Position numbers and translations under genes: made by a program. 64,000 bases of DNA from Naegleria gruberi (taxonomy: Eukaryota). Below, one piece after another: positions 21,502-32,353 of this stretch. The stretch is taken from the NCBI GenBank assembly GCA_000004985.1, contig GG738847.1; one strand, given 5' to 3'. The notes under the pieces are model-generated. The model did no database searches and was not told where the DNA came from. It was given only the letters and a program-made list of their open reading frames with translations. Within the stretch, counting starts at the first letter, position 1. Every line of letters begins with the position of its first letter.

Positions 21502-22015
21502 ATCTTGAGTGTTAGGTTGGTAGTTGTGTTCGATCCTCCTATTTGAACATGAAAGTTCAATTTGTAAATATTTAACCACACATCACCAATAAAATTCCGT
21601 TGTAAAAGTACAAATATATATTCAAATATGGTCATGGTCAATTGTTAAATGTGTAATGAGAACAATATACTATACAACAGAAATTGGTTATTCATCTCTC
21701 TCGGCGTATTATTAAGGCTCTTCGTTCACTTTATGGTGGTTCTCTCTTTAGAGGTGGTAACTGCTAGTACTGACCTATCAAAGAGGTGGTAGCATGACAT
21801 TAGAAATAGTGGCCAATCAAATGATCAAGTTGGTTGGTTTTGACCATCTTATTGTCGTCGTTCCCTTCTTCTCACCAAGAGGAATATTGGACAAGAAGAA
21901 GTGGCCACTCCTCCTCTCTACAATTATCCAAACTCAAAAGAAAGACTTCAACTGATTGAGTCTATCTTCCGATTGAACCTTTTAATTATCCATACTACAA
22001 ACAGAACGACAGCAA

Positions 22016-24091
22016 ATGACTCAATTCAAAGAAGAGAAAGAAATGTTGAATCATCATCAACATGAAGAAGAGGAGCAACTAGTTGAGAATCAAAACCCTT
22101 CGATACCAACAGCAAATAATTCAATTGAAGAAGAAGAACAAGAAACTCATCAAGCTAACACTGAACAAGATTCAAAACAACACAATCATCTGCACCCCAA
22201 TGATTCATATCCTCAACAACATCACGAACAACATCAGCACAACAACCAACATCATCATCAAGTTTATTACAATACAGCTTCCTCACTCTCGACAATATCT
22301 GAGAATAATAGCGAGGAAATTGATCATCCCTACTATGAACAGAATAATGTGGCAACTGATTTGAATCAAGTTTTGGATTGTTTTAATGAGAATGTTTTGC
22401 CAACACTGATTATAACTGAGAGACACATTCACGATGATTTGAAACATAGAGCCTCACTCGAAAAACCTGATCATGGTCATCACAAACATCATGGTCGTCA
22501 ACCTTCCACAGAACAATTAAAAAAGGAAATTGAAGAAATGGGATCTTCAAATAAGGAAAATCAACAAGAATTGAAATTGTCCAATAGGAGAAGATATGTA
22601 AATTTGATACTCTTCCTATTTGGTACCATGTTTTTCAAATTTTCATATGAAACTCTGTCAGGAGCAATTGGTTTAACAATTTTAACACGACTCGAAGGTC
22701 ATCCACTTGGAGCAACTACAATTTTGAGCTTGTTGACCATTACCTTTGGTTTATCTCAATCTGTTTCTTCATCGGCAGTTGAAGGTCTATTGAAGGTTAT
22801 TCGTGCCACTCGTTTGTACTGCATTTCACTGATATTCTTCTCTGCACTGATTATAACAATGATTGTTTTGGAGGCCACCACTGGAGGTACCCTCACCTCG
22901 CCAGGTTATTGGACTCCTTGGATTATTTTCCCAATCTATGTCTTTATTGGATTCAATGTTGGTATTATTGAGGTGGTGAGAAAGATTATTCCTGCCTCAA
23001 TTCTTGGTAATTCTGAATCTTCAACGTTGAAGAGATTGAATGCTGGAATTCACATTTCCTATGAAATTGCTGGAACTATTGGTGCTTTCCTTTCAAGTGT
23101 TTTCATTGAACAATTGGGAACTATCTATGCTCTCTTCCACATGCCGGTTTGCTTCTTTATTGGCTCGTTGTTCTTCTTTTTCATTACATTGAAGGATACT
23201 GAGAGAATTTTGGAAGAGGATACCGCTGATGAAGATGACATCTTTAAGGAAAATGTTCCAACAGAGAATCGTGTCCTCAACATTTTGAAAAAGATTGGCA
23301 AAGTTATTAAGGATTACTTCTACAGCATGTACATTGGAGCCAAAATTGTGCTCACCAACAGATATTACATTTGGTTGATTCCATGCTTTGTCATTCCACA
23401 AGTTCTCCATCGTTTGATTGAGAACATTTTCTTACCTGCCTTCTCCAAGATGATCTTAAAGAAGGGATCCTACTCTGGTATCATGCTCGGGGGTAGTAAT
23501 TTTGGTGAATTGGTTGGTGCTGGTTTACTATTAATCTTTGCCAAGAAGGTCAAACTTCCAACTATATGGATCATTTTGGATTCTCTCTTTTTGAATTTAA
23601 TGTGGATTTTCCCATTCCTCACTTTTGATGAGACAACCAATGAAAATTTAATATTTGCCATTTGCATTGTTCCAGCAATGGTTTTGATTTCTGGATCGTG
23701 GGCTGCTGGTGATATCAGTCAAATTGCCTACTTGCAATCAACCTTATCAGATGAACCAAACGAACAAACTGGAGTCAATGAGTTGGCTGCAGTGATGAGT
23801 TTCTTGTATTCCTGTTATATTGTATTGACTACTTTGGTGGCCTTTGGTCTTTCCCAAGCTGTTGATAGATTTAAGGAAAGTGGACGTCCAGAGTTTGGTT
23901 TCATGACCATTTGTATTGTAATGTCTGTAATTTCCTTTGCTATCTGTATCATTTATTTGACTGTGGCCAAATTCAAACCATCAGTTCATGATGATCACTT
24001 GGGAGAAGAGCTTGAAATGCAGCAAACTGCTACAACAACAAATAATGTTGAAAGAGAAAGTTCAATTGAGGAACAAACAGTAAATGTTTAA
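22016..24091 (+). CDS. polytopic membrane protein, putative MFS-type transporter, with His/Gln-rich N-terminal tail
   Basis: 691-aa ORF. About 190-aa hydrophilic N-terminus (HHQHEEEE, QHHEQHQHNNQHHHQ). Then about 12 hydrophobic segments in two halves separated by an acidic loop (LKDTERILEEDTADEDDIF). The transporter class is inferred from topology only. Confidence 0.5.
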   Translation: MTQFKEEKEMLNHHQHEEEEQLVENQNPSIPTANNSIEEEEQETHQANTEQDSKQHNHLHPNDSYPQQHHEQHQHNNQHHHQVYYNTASSLSTISENNSEEIDHPYYEQNNVATDLNQVLDCFNENVLPTLIITERHIHDDLKHRASLEKPDHGHHKHHGRQPSTEQLKKEIEEMGSSNKENQQELKLSNRRRYVNLILFLFGTMFFKFSYETLSGAIGLTILTRLEGHPLGATTILSLLTITFGLSQSVSSSAVEGLLKVIRATRLYCISLIFFSALIITMIVLEATTGGTLTSPGYWTPWIIFPIYVFIGFNVGIIEVVRKIIPASILGNSESSTLKRLNAGIHISYEIAGTIGAFLSSVFIEQLGTIYALFHMPVCFFIGSLFFFFITLKDTERILEEDTADEDDIFKENVPTENRVLNILKKIGKVIKDYFYSMYIGAKIVLTNRYYIWLIPCFVIPQVLHRLIENIFLPAFSKMILKKGSYSGIMLGGSNFGELVGAGLLLIFAKKVKLPTIWIILDSLFLNLMWIFPFLTFDETTNENLIFAICIVPAMVLISGSWAAGDISQIAYLQSTLSDEPNEQTGVNELAAVMSFLYSCYIVLTTLVAFGLSQAVDRFKESGRPEFGFMTICIVMSVISFAICIIYLTVAKFKPSVHDDHLGEELEMQQTATTTNNVERESSIEEQTVNV

Positions 24092-24666
24092 GTGTATGTG
24101 CCCCATTTACGTTATTTGTGAAAAGCATTTGGAAAGTCATTAATTTCCAAAATTTCCAAACTTTTGAATAGTAAATGGATCAGATATCAAGCTTGGCACT
24201 TGATTTGATTCAGAAAGTGAGTTATTCTTCTTTATCTTTGAAAGTTTCGGATTTTCAATTTCTGAAACTCTATACTGTTATCGTATTTTTGAATATTTCT
24301 ATTAAGTATTGCTCTGAAGTGCTTTCAGAGTTCAAAAATTGTTTTCTCAAACTCTTTCGAAGCAAGAAAACGGGTAGAAAAGGGCAGATCGCAATCAGCA
24401 ATTACGTGTTTCACAGTGACGATCAAGAACAACGTAAAATCCCTGGACAAGAACTGTTTGGAAATAACTGGATATGAGTGATGTATTAGTAAACTCGGAA
24501 GTGCCTTGGAAAATGTTAATATATTGTGGTTTTGGCAAGGTTGAACCAGTAGCAATGTTAATACGCCTTCTTTAAGAACAATATAACAATTCTTACTTAT
24601 TGGATCTTCTTCTTTCAAAGTGTAGAAGCTACACAACATCTTGTTTTAATTTATTGTATTTATTCT

Positions 24667-25809
24667 TTAGATTTTGAATTTTGCTGTTTTCAAAGAATTG
24701 TGGAATAGTCTGCTTTGAATTGGACCTCCCAAGAAATCAATATGTGATTGTAAAGTGAATTGTCCAGCTCTATATATGAAATTGGGTGACTTGTTGAGAA
24801 TAAGATTGCCTGCATCCATCTTTGGATCTGGATAATAATTGAATATTAAATAATTCATATCCTCAGTATTCTCAAAGTGATAGACAAATATTCTTCTTCC
24901 CATACTTTTTCTAATTTGTTCACCCGATCTGGCAACATTCCACACTCTTATATCTGTAAATTCACCCTTCATAGTTCCAGAATGAATATCAGAAGCGGCA
25001 GCAATCACTAGCTCCATATTATTCTTTTCAAAATCCAAATCTCCATCAGAAATAAATACCTTGTCAAATGCTTCTCCATTCACGTAAAATGTTGCATAAT
25101 TACTCTTCATATCATACACTCCAGCAACATGTGTCCATTCGTATGATTTGGTGAGATAGCATTGAGTTTGTTTAGATCCAACTCCAAATCTAATATCTAA
25201 CTTTGGAGAAATATATAATCCAATACCATGTTTCGAATCCTTATTTCTCAATACTAGAACACAATCATTTCCATGCACTGTATTCCATTCATATGGAATA
25301 TTTATCCATGCCTCAATGGTAATTCCCTCATTTTGAACCAAGACTGAATGAAAATCCTCATTCAAATCTTCAGATAAAATCCCATTCAAATTGCTAAATC
25401 TAGAACTAGCTTGAAAAGTGTAAAAATCCGAAGAGAAGAACAAATTTTTCATCTCCAACCAATTATTATTCATAAAGAAAATAACTTGTAAACAATTTAG
25501 GGATGAAATTTGATCCAGAGTTGTTTCCTTAGGAATTAACTTTCTTCTGCTTAATTGCTTCCAAACATAGGGCTTGAATTTTTCAATTTCATTCCACATC
25601 TCTCTGGTCATACTTTCTCCATCATTCCTTGTCTTTTCACTACTTTTAGCAATGATCTGCAATAACCATTCCGTAAAGGCAGATGAGTTTGGATCTCGAA
25701 AATGTGTCTCATAACATGATCGGGAAAACAACGTCATAGATTTGTAATCAGAGATGGGACAATAGCTTAACACGAGACCTAGGACATCCCCCGTTAAGTC
25801 GTCTAGCAT
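24667..25809 (-). CDS. F-box protein with C-terminal concanavalin A-like/laminin G-like domain
   Basis: 380 aa. N-terminal F-box-like LDDLTGDVLGLVLSYCPISDYKSMTLFSRSCYE. C-terminal LamG/ConA-like core (ITIEAWINIPYEW...WTHVAGVYDMKSNYATFYVNGEAF...GEFTDIRVWNVARSGEQI). Confidence 0.6.
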   Translation of the reverse strand: MLDDLTGDVLGLVLSYCPISDYKSMTLFSRSCYETHFRDPNSSAFTEWLLQIIAKSSEKTRNDGESMTREMWNEIEKFKPYVWKQLSRRKLIPKETTLDQISSLNCLQVIFFMNNNWLEMKNLFFSSDFYTFQASSRFSNLNGILSEDLNEDFHSVLVQNEGITIEAWINIPYEWNTVHGNDCVLVLRNKDSKHGIGLYISPKLDIRFGVGSKQTQCYLTKSYEWTHVAGVYDMKSNYATFYVNGEAFDKVFISDGDLDFEKNNMELVIAAASDIHSGTMKGEFTDIRVWNVARSGEQIRKSMGRRIFVYHFENTEDMNYLIFNYYPDPKMDAGNLILNKSPNFIYRAGQFTLQSHIDFLGGPIQSRLFHNSLKTAKFKI

Positions 25810-25976
25810 TTTTTTTGTAATTTTTTTGTAAGTTTTGAGGAATAAGAACTTGTGATTTCTTTATAGGTAGGATTCCTTCTATCGGTTCAAATGTAAACTC
25901 TGGGGAAATGTTCGGAAACAAATGCTTGAAATTACTATTCTTAATATTATTAGTAAATATTCGTTATGAATGTGAA

Positions 25977-26049
25977 GGGGATGTAGCTCACATGGTAGAG
26001 CGCTTCTTTAGCATGGAAGAGGTACGGGGATCGATACCCCGCATCTCCA
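25977..26049 (+). tRNA. tRNA-Ala (anticodon AGC), second identical copy
   Basis: 73/73 identical to the copy at 11194..11266. The 10 nt immediately 5' (GAATGTGAAG) and 6 nt immediately 3' (CTCAAT) are also identical. Confidence 0.9.
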
Positions 26050-26200
26050 CTCAATATTTTTAAATAACTTTAAATTTTTAAAAGCCTACACAAAATTAGG
26101 AAGAATAGGTCCCTATATAATATTCTCCACTCAAACCTTAAATATGATACAAAAACACATTTTACTATACTCAATGGCTGATCAAGATAAAATAAATTAG

Positions 26201-27118
26201 CTAAACAATAACCACAGTTTCTCCTGGAAAGACAGCCTCAATGTCATCGTTTCCATCAAAGGAACTTGTCTTATCTTCCAACACTTCTGCATAATGAGAA
26301 AAGGTCCCATGATGAACAACCAATGTTTTTCTCGCTTTCAATTTCTTATGCATTTCAATAATATTCTTTGAATTATTGGTAATTGAACCAATTACTCTAG
26401 TTGCAATAGCTCCAATAATTTTCTTCTTATCCATTGATGCTTCTCCTCCATTTGTTACAATAAAATCCAATGGATTTTCACTCAATTCCTTGTAATCATC
26501 TGAAATATTGTCCTCATTATAAATTGAATCACCAGTTGCATAAAATCTTGAATGATGATTGCCATTTGAGGATATTGATACCAAATAACCATTTCCATTT
26601 CCAACCATTGCTCCAATTTTTCTGCAACTTCCATGGAAAGCATTTACTGATCTCAATGTAATATCAAATCCATTAATTTCCAATTTTAAATCTTGAGCAG
26701 GTGACATCCAATGAACATTTCTATTTCCAAATGTCAAATCCTTTTGTTTCAGAACTTTTTTCATTAATCCCTCAACACTTGGATGAGCAATCACAATACT
26801 ATCCTTCTTTCCATTCAAAATTCGTTCCAATCCAAATGAGTCCAAGTGATCTTCATGTCCATGAGTTAACAGCCACAAATCAACATCCAATAAATCAGCA
26901 TCACCTTCCAGTGCAGGTTCTTGCATTCTAGTCGATTTAAAAAGTCCATAATTCTGCACATGTCCTTTTGGACACAACACTGGATCACACGCGATGATCA
27001 AGTCTTGTTTTCCTGTTGTTATTATCTTATATACAAATGTTGCTCCTCCAATGGATCGGAGAGTTGAAGTGCCCTCTGTTGCTGCTGTATTCTCAACGAG
27101 TATTTCAGCTTGTTGCAT
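26201..27118 (-). CDS. metallo-beta-lactamase-fold hydrolase
   Basis: 305 aa. HxHxDH zinc motif (LLTHGHEDHLD), followed by conserved His/Asp positions (AFHGS..., VVHHGTFSH). Confidence 0.65.
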   Translation of the reverse strand: MQQAEILVENTAATEGTSTLRSIGGATFVYKIITTGKQDLIIACDPVLCPKGHVQNYGLFKSTRMQEPALEGDADLLDVDLWLLTHGHEDHLDSFGLERILNGKKDSIVIAHPSVEGLMKKVLKQKDLTFGNRNVHWMSPAQDLKLEINGFDITLRSVNAFHGSCRKIGAMVGNGNGYLVSISSNGNHHSRFYATGDSIYNEDNISDDYKELSENPLDFIVTNGGEASMDKKKIIGAIATRVIGSITNNSKNIIEMHKKLKARKTLVVHHGTFSHYAEVLEDKTSSFDGNDDIEAVFPGETVVIV

Positions 27119-27464
27119 ATTCTAGATTTGTATTTATTTTTTTTGTTGTTGAGAGTTTGTTTTTTTGTTGTGAATACAATTTGAGTTAAAGCAACCCAGT
27201 TCATATATGCGTTTAAATTATTAATATAATATCCTTTTAAGCGAAATAGATATGAAATTGTACCATCTCGGAGATGTATATGTTTAAGGTTATCATTTCA
27301 ACTGCCACTGTTTAAATTGATTATTTTCTATTTTCTTTTGAAAAATTGTTAATACGCTATGAATTGGCCTCCACGTCGCTTCTTATTGTAAAAATTCATA
27401 ATTTGTCCGCTCAGTTACAGTCCAAAAGTAATCAACGGTTGTAGGACCGTTTTACTATTGGTCA

Positions 27465-28826
27465 TTAATTAATTGTTGATGAGCTAATATCGCAAACCAA
27501 TCTATGAGTTTGAGATGATGGAATTGAAAAGAAAGTAACACTCAATGGCAGTTCAGTATATGAATTTCCTTGCTTTTTTGGAGAATTTAAAATTGCCACT
27601 TTTGGAGAATAATCTGTTTCAATAAATGGTAATCCAAATATTTCTAATTCGATTTTGGAGGATAATTTGAATACTGGTAACCCTGATTCAATGTGATATA
27701 ATGAATCATGAGTCATTATAAAGCTTAATCGAACACCTTCCATCTCTCTAGATTGTATTTGAGAAAATTCTAATGGTCTTGGAGTAGAGATTGTAAACTG
27801 TGCAAGACTTTGTCTGTTGAATCTGGGCATTTGAGGAGTGAATGTAATTGCATCCGAATTATTGTTGTTATATGATAACTGATGATATGTTTGTCTAATA
27901 GAATTTACACTATATTTTACACATAGGAGTTGCAGATGTTCAGCTCGAGCACAATCATTGTCTGTGAATGGAACATGATTTGTTTCAATTTGTTGTTTGA
28001 TTTGATGTAAATAGGTCACAAAGGACTTGGTATCCATTGATTTATCTGTTTGTTCCTCGTTAGTGTATTTCCGTTTAACACCTGTAGTATATGGTAGTTT
28101 TACACATTCTTTCTTGAAATATTGAAATTTGAGTGATGAATATTTCATAATATACTCCATTACTGTTGTTCTTTTCGAATACACTCGTTGTTCACCAAAA
28201 AATCCTTCTAAAGATCTTGTGCCAAACACTTGAAGTTGTGGCTGGGTATTTGGTGGTATTAAGGGAATTAATTTTGAAATTGTTTCCAAGTTATGCTTAA
28301 TCGTTGCCTTGGAAAACGTTCCAAAAATAGTAAAATTATTATTCTTGTTGGTGCTATTTACATCACTAAAGATATCATCCCACCAATCAAGAAACTCTAA
28401 TGATTGAGAAAGAATTAATAACTTGAGTGAGAGAATTTTTTGATTTCTTTGTGACTTTGTGAATGTCATCGTACGTGAAAAATCATGAATAAGTTTCAAG
28501 TAAGAATATAGACCCAAATATTTGTTGTTAGTTTGTTGATTCAATTTTGCCAATTCATTAATTAACAAGGGAGAACACACTTGCCGCAATACATCTTCAG
28601 ATTGATCATCATAATTAATAAAAGCAGACCTTCTAATAATTTTGCACCAATATGATGGATTTGTTTGGTAAATTTCATCTAATGTCTTCAGCTCAAATTT
28701 TTGTAAGAGTGATTCTTCAATTGAAATGAAAAACACATTCTCAATACTTCTATTGTTAATTGTTAAATTTGGAATACTTGTTTGGTTGGGGTTGGAGCAG
28801 AGAAAAGTTAATGATAAATTATGCAA
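27465..28826 (-). CDS. hypothetical protein, probably the 3' portion of the gene at 28940..29722
   Basis: 453-aa ORF. Its reading frame is open upstream to plus 29039 with no ATG, and it overlaps the end of the upstream ORF in a different frame. Confidence 0.4.
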   Translation of the reverse strand: MHNLSLTFLCSNPNQTSIPNLTINNRSIENVFFISIEESLLQKFELKTLDEIYQTNPSYWCKIIRRSAFINYDDQSEDVLRQVCSPLLINELAKLNQQTNNKYLGLYSYLKLIHDFSRTMTFTKSQRNQKILSLKLLILSQSLEFLDWWDDIFSDVNSTNKNNNFTIFGTFSKATIKHNLETISKLIPLIPPNTQPQLQVFGTRSLEGFFGEQRVYSKRTTVMEYIMKYSSLKFQYFKKECVKLPYTTGVKRKYTNEEQTDKSMDTKSFVTYLHQIKQQIETNHVPFTDNDCARAEHLQLLCVKYSVNSIRQTYHQLSYNNNNSDAITFTPQMPRFNRQSLAQFTISTPRPLEFSQIQSREMEGVRLSFIMTHDSLYHIESGLPVFKLSSKIELEIFGLPFIETDYSPKVAILNSPKKQGNSYTELPLSVTFFSIPSSQTHRLVCDISSSTIN

Positions 28827-28939
28827 GGAATCATCAATAGTGTAAAAAAAAGATGAGCTTGCACCATTAACAGTAGTGGATTTCTTATTGGCCCAAGAAA
28901 CAACTATTTCATCATCTCCAAGATTGAATGCAAGATTAA

Positions 28940-29722
28940 TTATAGCATCACTATATTTGTGAAATGAAAGTTTAAGTAGATGACTGTCCTCCAGTTGTTG
29001 ATGATAATGGAAGAGTGGAACGACCTGGTATTTCTTCCATTATATATCTCCTTTGATACTGATGGAAAGAGTTTTGGCTTTGTTTCAATAGCATTCCTCA
29101 AATTTTTACATAAATGAGAATAGCAAAAATGGTGAGGATATTCTGATGTTTGCCAATTAGCACCTCCTGCATCAGAAACAGTGCATGTTATTTGATTAGT
29201 ATACACATCCTTGAATTTTGTAATAACATGTTGAAGATCTTCACTTGTTTCAGACTTGCAAAACTTGAAATTGCCTGGAATTCTCAATTTTCCTTCAATA
29301 TAGAGTGTTTGGATAACCTTTTCGGCCAGAAAATTATTTTGAATAATATTATCATTAATTGTATGTGATTGTGTTATTGGAATAGGACCTTGAATAGCTC
29401 CAATTAATAATCCAGATTTACGATTAATACTTAAACTAGAGAAAAGATCCATTCCATCCACTTGCAAAATACCTAATGTAGTATTATCTATTCCAATGAT
29501 TTCACGTAGATGTGAGAAATCAGCTGCATCTAAAGAAGTATCACCATAGCCAACATTTGGGTGATGAAAATGATTATCAAGCGTAGAAGAACATGGAAGT
29601 ATTAAATTACAATAGTATGCAGATGTGTCAAATTTTTCTGAATTTCCAGTCATATATCCTCTTCCGATAGCTTCATAAAGATTATAACCCATAGCTGCTA
29701 GCAAATCTTGACCATGATACAC
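28940..29722 (-). CDS. hypothetical protein, probably the 5' portion of one gene continuing into 27465..28826
   Basis: 260-aa ORF. The last ~30 aa (WRTVIYLNFHFTNIVML) look non-protein-like, while the alternative frame over the same bases continues cleanly into the downstream ORF. Confidence 0.4.
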   Translation of the reverse strand: MYHGQDLLAAMGYNLYEAIGRGYMTGNSEKFDTSAYYCNLILPCSSTLDNHFHHPNVGYGDTSLDAADFSHLREIIGIDNTTLGILQVDGMDLFSSLSINRKSGLLIGAIQGPIPITQSHTINDNIIQNNFLAEKVIQTLYIEGKLRIPGNFKFCKSETSEDLQHVITKFKDVYTNQITCTVSDAGGANWQTSEYPHHFCYSHLCKNLRNAIETKPKLFPSVSKEIYNGRNTRSFHSSIIINNWRTVIYLNFHFTNIVML

Positions 29723-30118
29723 AAAATTATGAATATTGGGTCATGTTCAACAAGTACATGTTGTTGCACTACTCTGAAGGTCAAAGTTCTTGACAATAAT
29801 AATCTAGATTATGTTAATTATCCATGTGGTTGGTATACATGCCTGGGCGAAACCAGGAAATATTGGATTCATCCACAAGGTATTCCTTTGGAAGGGTCGG
29901 AAAGTACTTTTTATTTGACCAGCACAATGAATTATTGGAACGTGTTGAAATGAATGACAATACGTACATTATTTTCAAGTATTTGCACTTGTTTTTTCCA
30001 AACTACATTCAATACGACCAACGTTATCATCATCAAATCATGCAATCACCAAATCACAACACCATCACAATCATCACAACGGTGCCATCAAATAGCTTAA
30101 AAAAAAATCATCAAAAAT

Positions 30119-32248
30119 ATGAAACATACCTTCCTTCGTAAAATCAATAGATTGCAGTTATTTACTGCATCACCCAAAATCAACAGATCAATATTAAAAA
30201 TTAATAATTTAACTAATGATATTAACAAGTTTACAATTAATAGAGTGAATCAAACTAAAAACTATTCAAATACATTAAAACCAACAACAAATAATGTTGA
30301 AAATATTAAATTTAAAAATATTGGTGACCGAAATTTGTTGGTGCCATATTTTCCATATGGTGAATCAGATTTTGCTTCCATCAGAAGAAGTAAACAATTT
30401 TATGTTGATAAAACTAATTTAATTCCTCTATTAGAAGAAAGTGGAAAACAATTATTTTTTGTTCGTCCTCCGAGATGGGGAAAATCACTATTATTATCAA
30501 TGCTTTCATCATATTATGATGTTAACAAGAAAGATGAATTTGATGAATTATTTTCTGGTTTATGGATTGGTGATGAAAATAATTGGACACCTGGAAAGAA
30601 TCAATATTATGTTTTAAAGTTAGATTTTTCTATTCAAGTTGATGGTACTGCTGATGATATTAATCAACGACTTCACACAAAAATCAATACAACCATTGAA
30701 GGATTTTTGGAATGTTATGGTATGGGTGGTGAGGTTAGCATTAATCAAAATGATTCATTTGATACTTATCAAAAACTTATCCAACTTTTAGTCAAGAGAA
30801 AAGGCAAATTAATGGTATTAATTGATGAATATGATAGATTTGCAAACAAATTAATGTTTGAAAATCCTGAAAAATATCAATTAATAGTTGAAGGAAAGAG
30901 AGGAGATCCAACATCTTCACCAATTCGTTCTTTCTTTGAAAGATTGAAAGAGTCTTCCGCTACTGGTTTACAAGATTTTCGTAGTATCATCACTGGTATC
31001 ACTCCTATTGCTCTTGCTGATGCATCTGGATATAATGTTTCCAGTAATATTTCCTCTGATAAGATATTTGGTGGTTTGGTTGGTTTTACAGAAAATGATT
31101 TGAGAATGGCATTAAATAACATTGATATTATTGGAAATGATCAAGATATTACCATTTCAACCATGAAAAAGTATTATAAAGGTTATCATTTTCCTGGTTC
31201 AAAACATGCTCTATTCAACACAACTCTTTCAATGTTCTTTTTGAACAAACTTGTAAAAGATGAACCTTTCAGAAATGCTGTTCTACAAAAACAAGAAATT
31301 CCATTATCAATATTAACAGATACCAACACAATGATCAGTGAGAACGTTTTTGCAACTTTGGCATCATCAGTTGTATCGAATGATATTATTCAACAATTAC
31401 TTTCAAAAGATTATGTAGAAGTAACAGAGTCAATTTATCCTTCACTGAAATTAAGAGAGATTATTGATCCACCATCCAATGAAGAAGATATACAAAAGAT
31501 TCGTGATAATGCTTTATCATTCATGTATTATCATGGTATGATTACTTTCACAGAATCATCCTCAAAACAAATGAATCCAAAACAATTGTTAATTCCAAAT
31601 GAAATTGCAAAGGTTCAATATTTGGAACAGTTACGTAGACTTATATCTTTACGTGAAAGTGATATATCAACTTTTATTAATGAACCAACTCAAGATAATT
31701 TGAAAAAATTACTTTGGAGTATTTTAAGCAAGCAAGAAACAGTGTTTGACAATGATATGTCTGAAGGAGGTTTACAATCTTGTATTGAATCTGCATTGAG
31801 ATCATATTCTTTATATAGAAGCAAAGATTTTACTCTTAGAGCAGAAAAGGAATATACAAATTATCATATCAATGGAAAAGAATATACTGAATTAAGAGCT
31901 GACCTTGTTATTTCAACCGACAATGACATATTTATCATTGAATTGAAACATTTGAGACCAATGTATTTATCACAATATTCTACTATTAGAATTTGGAAAC
32001 CTTATATGTTTAAGGAAAAATTTAAAGAATTATTACAAGCTGATGAAAGCCAGTTATTGAATATGCTAGTTTTTCAAAAATGGGCAAACAAATATGTTAA
32101 AGTTGAAAGTATCTTAAATGAGGCAAGTTCTAAGGTTAAACAATATGCCAAAAAAGAACAAGAATTACTTGGCAATAATGATAAAACTATCCACAAGTTC
32201 GTTGTCATTCAAGTTGGTTGGCCTCTTATTGTGAGGAAAGTAAATTAA
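30119..32248 (+). CDS. bacterial-type AAA-ATPase-like (PF09820-like) plus PD-(D/E)xK nuclease-fold (PF08011/PDDEXK_9-like) protein with eukaryotic N-terminal extension
   Basis: 709-aa intronless ORF. After a ~75-aa basic N/K-rich extension, the sequence LLVPYFPYGESDFASIRRSKQFYVDKTNLIPLLEESGKQLFFVRPPRWGKSLLLSMLSSYYD matches the N-terminal signature of the predicted AAA-ATPase family (P.G..DF..I.....YYVDKT..I..L......F..RPRRFGKSL..S.L..Y). The C-terminus carries a PD-(D/E)xK core: ELRADLVISTDNDIFIIELKH...VIQVGW. Confidence 0.8.
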   Translation: MKHTFLRKINRLQLFTASPKINRSILKINNLTNDINKFTINRVNQTKNYSNTLKPTTNNVENIKFKNIGDRNLLVPYFPYGESDFASIRRSKQFYVDKTNLIPLLEESGKQLFFVRPPRWGKSLLLSMLSSYYDVNKKDEFDELFSGLWIGDENNWTPGKNQYYVLKLDFSIQVDGTADDINQRLHTKINTTIEGFLECYGMGGEVSINQNDSFDTYQKLIQLLVKRKGKLMVLIDEYDRFANKLMFENPEKYQLIVEGKRGDPTSSPIRSFFERLKESSATGLQDFRSIITGITPIALADASGYNVSSNISSDKIFGGLVGFTENDLRMALNNIDIIGNDQDITISTMKKYYKGYHFPGSKHALFNTTLSMFFLNKLVKDEPFRNAVLQKQEIPLSILTDTNTMISENVFATLASSVVSNDIIQQLLSKDYVEVTESIYPSLKLREIIDPPSNEEDIQKIRDNALSFMYYHGMITFTESSSKQMNPKQLLIPNEIAKVQYLEQLRRLISLRESDISTFINEPTQDNLKKLLWSILSKQETVFDNDMSEGGLQSCIESALRSYSLYRSKDFTLRAEKEYTNYHINGKEYTELRADLVISTDNDIFIIELKHLRPMYLSQYSTIRIWKPYMFKEKFKELLQADESQLLNMLVFQKWANKYVKVESILNEASSKVKQYAKKEQELLGNNDKTIHKFVVIQVGWPLIVRKVN

Positions 32249-32353
32249 ACATTTCATAAAATAAAATGTTAAGAATGGAACTGGGTTTGATGAGAAGTTT
32301 TTTGTTGATCATTTGTAAAATATTAAAAGGAATACATCAAACGTGCTGATCTT

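Noticed and set aside
21500-21560. tRNA-like TTCGATCC T-loop motif (GTGTTCGATCCTCC) downstream of the Rab-like gene
   Set aside because: No complementary T-stem or acceptor stem can be formed, so there is no cloverleaf.
29708-30141. ORFs 29708..29953 and 29824..30141 upstream of the AAA-ATPase-like gene
   Set aside because: They overlap each other in different frames and are His/Asn-rich low complexity with no start context. They are more likely the 5' leader or promoter of the 30119 gene.
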